Of a stretch of 64,000 bases of DNA, positions 10,582-18,129 are shown one piece after another. The DNA is from Acidobacteriota bacterium. Its GTDB lineage: Bacteria; Acidobacteriota; UBA6911; RPQK01. The stretch covers positions 4,257-68,256 of the forward strand of contig JBHGBF010000028.1 in the NCBI GenBank assembly GCA_041946865.1. The letters are read 5' to 3'. Every line of letters begins with the position of its first letter. Positions within the stretch are counted from its first letter, which is position 1. The position numbers were made by a program, and so were the translations under genes. The notes below the pieces were generated by a model, which saw only the letters and a list, made by a program, of their open reading frames with translations, ran no database searches and was not told the DNA's origin.

Positions 10582-11679
10582 TCACCCTTCGCCCTGCTTC
10601 ACATCCGGATTCGGCAGCATGAAGTCCCGCACCACGGCCATCAGGTCGTGAACGGCTTCAATAAAGCCGCGCAGCGTGCGGACCGTGGCCCCAAATCCGT
10701 CGAACTCGGCGAGTGTCATCCCGTCCGGATCATAGGCTCGCCGGAAATCAGGGATCATCCGGTAGAGGGCATCGATGATTTCCGGGCTGACCGGACGGTC
10801 GATCGTCCTCTCCACTTTCAAGTCTGAGGCATTCGCCTTGCGTGCCCACTCGCAGGGCATCGAATGGATGAAATCGCCGCCAATCAGCTCCGTCCAGTGC
10901 CCCAAATGACGGTAAGCCGCCACAAGCAGCCGGGCCCGGTAACCGCGTTCCTGAAAGATGCCGTATGCCCGCTTGAACGTCGCAATCCCCGCCCACCTCA
11001 GGTAGGACGGATCTATATCGATCTCGTCCCGCCTGGCCAGGACTTGCATCCAGTCATCATTGCGTCCCACCATGATGGTCGCCACCGGCGACATGTGAGC
11101 GATGTCCAGACCGCCGGCCTCGCGGCGTTCCAGGCCGCGCTCAACAGCTTCCGCTACGGCCACAGCTTGAGAAACGGAAAAACTGACGGTCGCGTTAATG
11201 CTGACGCCCCGGAACGTGGCCTCTTCGATGGCCGGGATCCCCGCCGCTGTCGCCGGGATCTTCACCTGCATGTTGGGAGCAAGCGAATTGAAGTGATCGG
11301 CTTGTTGGACCAGGGTCTGGGTATTGCGGTAGTAGGCGGGGTTCGTCTGGATTGAAAGCCTCCCTTTCTTGCCCTGGTGCCGCTCGAATACAGGCAGAAG
11401 CAACCGGGCGCCGTGGGTGGCTATCTCCTCGATCAGCCGCCACGCAATCTCCGTCTCCGACCAGGTGGCGTTGCGCGTGATAATGCGGTTCAGCCGCTCA
11501 CGCCATTGCGGCATCTCCTTCTTCAGCACTCCCAGTACGATCACTGGATTGGTGGTGGCGCCGACAGCGCCGTGCTCAAGGCCGTACGACAACTCCTCAG
11601 TGGAACAAGAGTCGTTCCAGTAATCGGTAGGAGTGCTCGAGACCATCTGACGCAGGGGACTTAAAGCGACTTCAGGCAT
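10582..11679 (-). CDS. Transaldolase family protein (long Tal type)
   Basis: The 365-aa ORF has 'TTNPVIV', the catalytic-lysine region 'QVKIPATAAG' and 'INATVSFS', which are transaldolase signatures. Confidence 0.7.
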   Translation of the reverse strand: MPEVALSPLRQMVSSTPTDYWNDSCSTEELSYGLEHGAVGATTNPVIVLGVLKKEMPQWRERLNRIITRNATWSETEIAWRLIEEIATHGARLLLPVFERHQGKKGRLSIQTNPAYYRNTQTLVQQADHFNSLAPNMQVKIPATAAGIPAIEEATFRGVSINATVSFSVSQAVAVAEAVERGLERREAGGLDIAHMSPVATIMVGRNDDWMQVLARRDEIDIDPSYLRWAGIATFKRAYGIFQERGYRARLLVAAYRHLGHWTELIGGDFIHSMPCEWARKANASDLKVERTIDRPVSPEIIDALYRMIPDFRRAYDPDGMTLAEFDGFGATVRTLRGFIEAVHDLMAVVRDFMLPNPDVKQGEG

Positions 11680-11745
11680 GCCCTTCTCCAGAAAACTAGA
11701 AGTCTGATAGTTTCAAGCTAGCTGAGAACAGACGAAAGAACAAGG

Positions 11746-11825
11746 AAAGCGGGCGCCGCGGAGCCGCAAGCACAGCGCTTTTCAGCGGACCGTCAGCGGA
11801 CGGGGAGCGCGTCGGGTGCGTGCCG
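11746..11825 (-). repeat. GC-rich hairpin intergenic repeat, copy A (inverted relative to copy B)
   Basis: The reverse complement of this copy aligns with 61549..61623 at about 90% identity over ~75 nt (core 'CCGACGCGCTCCCCGTCCGCTGACGGTCCGCTGAAAAGCGCTGTGCTTGCGGCTCC'). It lies 62 nt upstream of the transaldolase start, in sense orientation. Confidence 0.55.
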
Positions 11826-11865
11826 TTAAGGAGTGCCCATTTCGAACGGTGCAGTGTCGAAGCCG

Positions 11866-13191
11866 TTACGAGAACCGGGTTCGCTTCCAGAGGGCGGCGG
11901 TGCAGACGGTCAGGACCGCCACGGTCGCCGTCACAAGCACAACCATCCAAAAGGGGTTCATGCTCAAGTCCGGAGTAACGGTCCCGAGACCTAACCAGAC
12001 GAAAACCGCCAGCGCGAGCACGATGATCAGGAAGTCCCACCAGGCGCGCTTGGGTGTTTCGCGCGACAGAGGGTCGTCCCCCGTAAGCGCCGCCTCGACA
12101 CGGGCCGGGTCTATGCCGTAACGCCCGCATTCCCGCATCATGGCCGCCCGCCAGGAAGCCTGCTCTGAGTGAGGCGCCTCGGCGCGGCTGATGGCCACGG
12201 CCCCACCGACAATGATCAAAGAGCCGAGAATCACCATCAACTGATAGGGTGCGCCTTTTCCGTGAAGCTCGCCGAAGACCAACGCGCCCCAGGCGAGGCC
12301 CCAGAGCTGGTTCGTGTTCGAAAGCGGAATTCCCCGCGCTATACCCACATATTTAGCGGCGTACTGTTGGAAAAGGTCCCCAATCACCCAGCAAAAGCCG
12401 CCCAGGAAGAGCCAGAACAGCGAAGAACGCAGCGCGGAGAGCTCGCCGCTGAACACCGAGACCCCCCCGACAAAGGAAATGGTGAGAATACCGATAGTGA
12501 CTAATTCGCCCAGGGTGAAAATCGTGACAAAGGAGAGCGGATTCATGCCGCTGATGTACGCCTTACGGTAGGGGATGTACATGGTGCCCCAGAGCAAGCC
12601 CGCGCCCAGCGCGGCCGCAAGGCCGGCGCCCGCCCGGTCAGACAGGCCGGCCGGTTGCTGGCTCGTCGCCAGGCCGAGCACGCATGCCCCTGCGACAATG
12701 GCAATGGCCCCCCCGAGGACTTTCGCCCACGGTCCAGCCCCCGCGCCCCGCAACTCCTTGAAAAGGAGGACGCCCCAGAAGAGGCCCACGAGGCTGTTCG
12801 TGTTCCAAAGGGGAAAGGCCACCGAGAGACCGATGTCCCGGATGGCAAAAATCGTCAGCGTGTTGGCCACCGCCCAGAGAGCGCCGGCCAGGATGGCCCA
12901 GGGGATCAAGTGCGGCTTCTCGCGCAGATCCCTCCACACGTAGGTAGTGCCCTTTAGCGCCATTGGCAGGGTCCAGCGGGCGACAAAGACACCGACCACC
13001 ATGCCCATCGAGATCAGGAATGGGGAGAAGCCCAAGGTGACGAGCTTCGTCGGGGCTTCTGCCGCGCCCAGCCACGCCCCTGCCGCAAGCCCGCACATGA
13101 CACCAAGCCGATGAAGAGAAAGCACACCAGTTTTGGGAAGAGTCGCCGAGCCTGTAGCCATTCGAGTCTCCTGCAAGCCGACCACGGACAC
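11866..13191 (-). CDS. DMT-superfamily sugar transporter (GRP / GlcU-RhaT-like) with C-terminal two-TM extension
   Basis: Two EamA-like halves each end in '...LFKELRG / ...VFGELHG' motifs typical of the glucose/ribose porter family. The protein has about 12 predicted TM segments. Confidence 0.55.
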   Translation of the reverse strand: MSVVGLQETRMATGSATLPKTGVLSLHRLGVMCGLAAGAWLGAAEAPTKLVTLGFSPFLISMGMVVGVFVARWTLPMALKGTTYVWRDLREKPHLIPWAILAGALWAVANTLTIFAIRDIGLSVAFPLWNTNSLVGLFWGVLLFKELRGAGAGPWAKVLGGAIAIVAGACVLGLATSQQPAGLSDRAGAGLAAALGAGLLWGTMYIPYRKAYISGMNPLSFVTIFTLGELVTIGILTISFVGGVSVFSGELSALRSSLFWLFLGGFCWVIGDLFQQYAAKYVGIARGIPLSNTNQLWGLAWGALVFGELHGKGAPYQLMVILGSLIIVGGAVAISRAEAPHSEQASWRAAMMRECGRYGIDPARVEAALTGDDPLSRETPKRAWWDFLIIVLALAVFVWLGLGTVTPDLSMNPFWMVVLVTATVAVLTVCTAALWKRTRFS

Positions 13192-13353
13192 AGGACCATG
13201 CTCAAGGAGGTGAAGTCCGTATCACGCGTTGGCTTGCGCTAGTGAATCAGCAGCAGCACCAGTATCCCGACGATCAAGACTCCGAGCGGAATCCAGAAAT
13301 GAACATCGGTGAGAATCTGCCGCCCGATCGAATTTGTCACCTCGTCACCCTGT

Positions 13354-14796
13354 TCAATGAATGCCGCTGCCGCCGCTCAATTCCTTGGCCAGAGCGCCGA
13401 CAACGGCTTTGGCATCCCCAAACAACATGAACGTTTTGTCGGCATAATACAGCTCGTTCTCGATGCCGGCAAATCCGGGATTCATCGTCCGTTTGATGGC
13501 AAAACACGTGCGGGCCTTGTCCGCGTCGATAATCGGCATCCCGTATATCGGGCTGCCCTTGTCGTGCCTTGCCGCCGGATTGACGACATCGTTTGCGCCG
13601 ATCACGAGCGCAACGTCCGCTTCCGGCATCTCCGGGTTTATCGAATCCATCTCGATCAGCTTATCGTACGGGATTTCCGCTTCGGCCAAAAGCACATTCA
13701 TGTGCCCGGGCATGCGCCCGGCCACCGGATGGATCGCGAATTTGACGTCAATGCCACGCCTGGTCAGCTGATCGAACAGCTCCCTGACCATGCGTTGGGC
13801 CTGGGCAACCGCCATCCCGTAACCCGGGATGATCACTACCAGCTGGGCCTGTTCGAGAATCTGGGCTGCCCCCTCGATTGTCTCGGTCTTCACGCTCTTC
13901 TTTTCGGCAACCGGCCCGGACGCGTGGACTTGCCCGAAGGCGCCGAAGAGCACGTTTGTGAAAGACCGGTTCATGGCCCGGCACATGATGACCGAAAGGA
14001 TGAAACCGGAAGAACCGTCCAGGGCGCCGGCCGTAATCAGCAATTGATTGTCGAGGACAAAACCCATCGCCACCGCCGAGAGGCCCGCATACGAGTTGAG
14101 CAGCGAGATCACGGTCGGCATGTCCGCGCCGCCGATCGGTATGATCAAGAGGATCCCGAACAGGAGGGAGAGCGCTATGACGGCGGGGAACAGGATCGAC
14201 CAGGTCGGGTTGATGACCAGCGCCACCCCGCAGCCTATCGCGATAGCAAGCAGCAGAAGGTTGACGACGTTCTGGCCTCGATACGTTACCGGACGTTGCG
14301 GGATCCAGGGCAGCTCCTGCAGCTTCCCGGCCGCCATGAGACTTCCGGTGAAAGTCAGGAAGCCCAGAATGATCTCCGCCGCAATAGCGGTCATGCGAAA
14401 GGCAGTCAGTTGTTCAGGGCCCTCCTGGAGCCACAGGTAGTACTTGGCCGTGCCGACCAGGCCGGCCGCCAGACCGCCGAAAGCGTGGGAAAGGGCCGTT
14501 CGCTGGGGAACGGCAGTGAGCGGTACCCAGGAGAGTGGAACACCGATCACCGTGCCGATGACGACGGCCACGGCGATTGATGTGTAATTGACCACGTCTG
14601 GATTAACCAGAGTGCCGATCACGGCAAGGAGCATGCCGCCCACGCCCGCGATGACACCGTGGCGGGCCGTTTTGGGGTCACTCATCCATTTCAGCGAGAA
14701 TATGAAAAGCGCCGTCGCGACCAGGTAGGCGAACTGGATCAGGTACAAGCTCGTACTGTGCCTGGTCGTAACAAGGAGAATCAAGCTGTCACTCAT
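13354..14796 (-). CDS. pntB: NAD(P) transhydrogenase subunit beta
   Basis: The 480-aa protein has an N-terminal multi-TM region and a C-terminal dIII NADP-binding domain ('GYGMAVAQAQ', 'VIGANDVVNPAA'). Confidence 0.9.
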   Translation of the reverse strand: MSDSLILLVTTRHSTSLYLIQFAYLVATALFIFSLKWMSDPKTARHGVIAGVGGMLLAVIGTLVNPDVVNYTSIAVAVVIGTVIGVPLSWVPLTAVPQRTALSHAFGGLAAGLVGTAKYYLWLQEGPEQLTAFRMTAIAAEIILGFLTFTGSLMAAGKLQELPWIPQRPVTYRGQNVVNLLLLAIAIGCGVALVINPTWSILFPAVIALSLLFGILLIIPIGGADMPTVISLLNSYAGLSAVAMGFVLDNQLLITAGALDGSSGFILSVIMCRAMNRSFTNVLFGAFGQVHASGPVAEKKSVKTETIEGAAQILEQAQLVVIIPGYGMAVAQAQRMVRELFDQLTRRGIDVKFAIHPVAGRMPGHMNVLLAEAEIPYDKLIEMDSINPEMPEADVALVIGANDVVNPAARHDKGSPIYGMPIIDADKARTCFAIKRTMNPGFAGIENELYYADKTFMLFGDAKAVVGALAKELSGGSGIH

Positions 14797-15074
14797 TGTC
14801 GGCCAGGCTCCCTTTTCTTGAACATTTTCAGCATGCGGTCAGTGATCAAAAAACCGCTCACGATGTTGGTCACCGACGCCACGACGGCCACCAGCCCGAG
14901 CACGTTGATGTAGGTCGGATGCTGGCCGCCGGCCAGGATAATCGACCCGACAACCGCAATGGCCGAAATGGCGTTCGTCAGCGACATCAAGGGGGTGTGC
15001 AGGAGCCGCGACACTCGCCGGATGACTTCAAACCCGATGAACGTCGCGAGCATGAATACAAACAGCATCGACAT
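14793..15074 (-). CDS. NAD(P) transhydrogenase subunit alpha part 2 (membrane segment)
   Basis: This small 3-TM protein lies between the pnt alpha-1 and beta genes. I trimmed the start to the internal Met 'MSMLFVFMLATFIG'; the ORF maximum is 15164. Confidence 0.7.
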   Translation of the reverse strand: MSMLFVFMLATFIGFEVIRRVSRLLHTPLMSLTNAISAIAVVGSIILAGGQHPTYINVLGLVAVVASVTNIVSGFLITDRMLKMFKKREPGRQ

Positions 15075-15287
15075 GTAGTCGAAGGTCGGATCCTGGCCGG
15101 CCTGCGGTGTCGATGCTGTACCGGTCTGCAGAGTCGCCACGAGCAGCGGCGGATGAAAAATCATGATTGTTTCTCCGTTTTTCTACTTTCCATCACATCG
15201 GGGAGCGCAGCAACCTGCCTGCCTGTGCGTCGAGAGCACCAATCTGACCGGCGCCACAAGCAGGCAAGACACCCGCGCCCCCAGGGA

Positions 15288-16439
15288 CTAGGACGCCTTG
15301 GCCAGGGCTTCCTTGGTCAGCGCATGACGGACTTCTCCCTCATGCGTGATTACCGCCTGGCTCAGGATTTCATCGCTCCAGTCACGGTTAAACTGATTGT
15401 CCTTCCAGAAGGCCATGACGAAAGCGGTCAGGTTGCGCGAATAGAGGGTGCTGGCATGGACCGGCATGGTCGAGGGAAGGTTCACGGGCGCAACGATTTT
15501 GACCCCGCCCTCGATGACCGTCTCGCCGGGCCGGCTCAGCTCGCAGTTCCCGCCCCCTTCCGCTGCCAGATCGACAATCAGTGACCCGGGGCGCATACTC
15601 CGGACCATTTCGGCGCTGATAAGCCTGGGCGCGATGACACCACGGATCAGCGCAGTCGTGATGACGACATCGGACACGGCCAACTGCTCGGCCAGCAGCT
15701 CCCGCTGCCGGCGGCGGTCGTCTTCGGACAGTTCCCGGGCGTAGCCGCCCCCGGCGGCTGCGCTTTCCTTGAGCTCAATGCCGACGTACCGGGCGCCGAC
15801 GCTTTCGATTTGCTCCTTTACCTCCGGCCGCACGTCCGTCGCGGTGACCGCCGCACCCAGGCGCCTGGCCGTGGCAATAGCCTGCAACCCGGCCACTCCC
15901 GCCCCAATGACAAAGACCTTGGCCGCAAACACCGTTCCCGCGGCGGTCATAAACATGGGGAAGTACTTGGGCAACTCCAGGGCCGCCAGCAGGACACCTT
16001 TATATCCCGAAATATTCGCCATCGAGGACAGCGTGTCCATGCCCTGGGCTCGGGTCGTCCGGGGAATGGCGTCCGTGGCAAAGGCGGTGACCTTACGCGC
16101 CAGCAACTGCCGCACGACCTCCAGATGACGGGTGGGCATGAGCGTTGCTAGAAGCATGCTGCCCGGGCGCATCAGCTCTACCTCGTTGATTCTTGCTGAA
16201 TCGACCAGGGGCGGTTGCACTTTGAGGACCAGGTCCGCTTCACCGTAAAGGGTCGCCGCGTCCGGGACCAGCGTCGCTCCGGCACTTGTATACACGTCAT
16301 TGTTCAGGAAAGCGTTAACGCCCGCATCGCGCTCGATCAGCACTTCAATCCCGGCGCCGGACAGTTTCTTGCATGATTCCGGGACGAGAGCGACTCGGTT
16401 TTCTCCAGGCCAGATCTCTTTCGGCACACCGATTTTCAT
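15288..16439 (-). CDS. pntA: NAD(P) transhydrogenase subunit alpha part 1 (dI, alanine-dehydrogenase-like)
   Basis: It has the 'MKIGVPKEIWPGENRVALVPES' N-terminus and a Rossmann 'VFVIGAGVAGLQAIATARRLGA' motif. The start was trimmed from 16505. Confidence 0.85.
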   Translation of the reverse strand: MKIGVPKEIWPGENRVALVPESCKKLSGAGIEVLIERDAGVNAFLNNDVYTSAGATLVPDAATLYGEADLVLKVQPPLVDSARINEVELMRPGSMLLATLMPTRHLEVVRQLLARKVTAFATDAIPRTTRAQGMDTLSSMANISGYKGVLLAALELPKYFPMFMTAAGTVFAAKVFVIGAGVAGLQAIATARRLGAAVTATDVRPEVKEQIESVGARYVGIELKESAAAGGGYARELSEDDRRRQRELLAEQLAVSDVVITTALIRGVIAPRLISAEMVRSMRPGSLIVDLAAEGGGNCELSRPGETVIEGGVKIVAPVNLPSTMPVHASTLYSRNLTAFVMAFWKDNQFNRDWSDEILSQAVITHEGEVRHALTKEALAKAS

Positions 16440-16501
16440 AACCTTCGTTTTTACAGGAAGATACTTTTGTTTGGAAGGATATCCGGGGTCGAAAAGGAAA
16501 G

Positions 16502-17776
16502 TCAAATAGAGGGTAAGCGCGCAGCCGGAATCTCTTCCAGTTTTTCCTGCGGATCAATCCAGAACCAGGCGGCGGCGGCGCCGAGGTAAAGGACGGCCAC
16601 AGTGTAAAGGGGCGCGTTCCAGGAGTGCCAATGGTCGAGAAGAACGCCGACCACGACTGGGCTCAGGGCGCCACCAAGATTCCCAAAGGTATTCATGGCG
16701 CCGCTGATAACACCCGCGTTCCGGCGTCCGATGTCGAGGCAGGTGGCCCAGGCCGGAGCGACTCCGAGAGCCGAGAAACCGGCAGCAACGGCGACTGCGA
16801 GCGCGGCTCCAACCGGACCGGGCGCTGTTACCGCCCGCACAATGGCGACTGCCGCCACGGGAAGGCCGATCAAGCCAGGCAGCCTCCTCCCCAAACGCGG
16901 CCCCCATCTGGTCACCAGGGCGTCGCTTACCCACCCTCCGGCCAGCACTCCGACGGCAATCGAGAGCAACGGCAGGGCCGACAGCCAGCCGACTGCTTTC
17001 AGCTCAAATCCGCGGGCGCGATACAGATAGTGGGGAAGCCACGTCAGGTAGAAATACCAGCCATAGATTGTCCCGCAGTACATCAGGCAGAGCGCCCGCA
17101 GGCTGCGGTTGCTCCACAGCCGGCGCCACGGAACGCGGACGTGCCCGATTTCAGTCGCATGGCTGCCGATGGCCGCCAGCTCGGCTTCGTTCACGGCCGG
17201 ATGAGCTCCCGGATTGTCCCGGAACCACCAGAACCACCCGACAGCCCAGATTATCCCTACCGCCCCGAACAGCGGAAAGACAGACCGCCAGCTGATGTAT
17301 CCGAGAAGCGTCACGACCAGCGGCTGAGTCAGCGAGGCCCCGAGCAAGCCGGCCATTACGGTCAAGCCGAACGCCCGCCCGCGATCCCGCTCCGAAAGCC
17401 AGCGTCCGTAGACCCAGGCCATCGAGGGGTAAGCCCCTGCCTCTCCCATCCCAAAGAGCATTCGAATCACGAACAACAAAAGAAAATTCCAGGCCATCCC
17501 CGTAGCGGCCGTCATTAACGACCAGGCCACCACGATCCGGGTCAGCATCCAGCGCGCACCGAATCGGTCCACCAACCAGCCGCCGGGCACTTCAAACAAG
17601 GCGTATGCCGCCGTGTAAATGCTGAACACATAACCCATCTGCGAGTCGGACAAGGCAAGCTCCGACTTGATCGCCAGGCTCGCCGTCGAAATGCAGACCC
17701 GATCGAGATAGACAATCGCCGAGAGAAGCAGTGTGAGGACCAGAACGATGTGGCGGGCTCGCGTCGCCTCAGGCAT
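16502..17776 (-). CDS. MFS transporter
   Basis: The 424-aa protein has 12 TM segments and the MFS signature 'GWLVDRFGARW' between TM2 and TM3. Confidence 0.8.
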   Translation of the reverse strand: MPEATRARHIVLVLTLLLSAIVYLDRVCISTASLAIKSELALSDSQMGYVFSIYTAAYALFEVPGGWLVDRFGARWMLTRIVVAWSLMTAATGMAWNFLLLFVIRMLFGMGEAGAYPSMAWVYGRWLSERDRGRAFGLTVMAGLLGASLTQPLVVTLLGYISWRSVFPLFGAVGIIWAVGWFWWFRDNPGAHPAVNEAELAAIGSHATEIGHVRVPWRRLWSNRSLRALCLMYCGTIYGWYFYLTWLPHYLYRARGFELKAVGWLSALPLLSIAVGVLAGGWVSDALVTRWGPRLGRRLPGLIGLPVAAVAIVRAVTAPGPVGAALAVAVAAGFSALGVAPAWATCLDIGRRNAGVISGAMNTFGNLGGALSPVVVGVLLDHWHSWNAPLYTVAVLYLGAAAAWFWIDPQEKLEEIPAARLPSI

Positions 17777-17943
17777 GGCGTGAAGTTATAGCTGAGGTCG
17801 TCGCTGACCTGCAAGCACGCCAAGACGTGGCGAAAAAGGGTCCTCGACCGAGCGGTGTTTTACCGCCCGTTCGCACTCCCCCGCCCTCAGGCGGGTCTCC
17901 GCATATTTCTGGACCCCGTTACCTTTTCTCGCCCGTGATTACA

Positions 17944-17959
17944 GAGCCGCTTGCGGCTC
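17944..17959. promoter_or_regulatory. Perfect 16-bp dyad GAGCCGC-TT-GCGGCTC (candidate operator) in the GH116 upstream region
   Basis: The palindrome is seen directly. Half-sites GAGCCGC/GCGGCTC recur in other intergenic regions (11757, 18093, 37083, 61597). Confidence 0.35.
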
Positions 17960-18129
17960 TTCCTGTAACGCGTTCTAGCCCCGGTTGCGGTTGGCTGCGG
18001 GGTTACTGTTACGCGGCTCCGAAATGCGTATAAAGTGCAGGGCAACGAGGGGCCGAGGTTTTATCAGGCCGCGAGGCGACAGAGGCGCCGGCGCTTGCGG
18101 CTCGGTGACCACGTCACTACAATCGGCCC

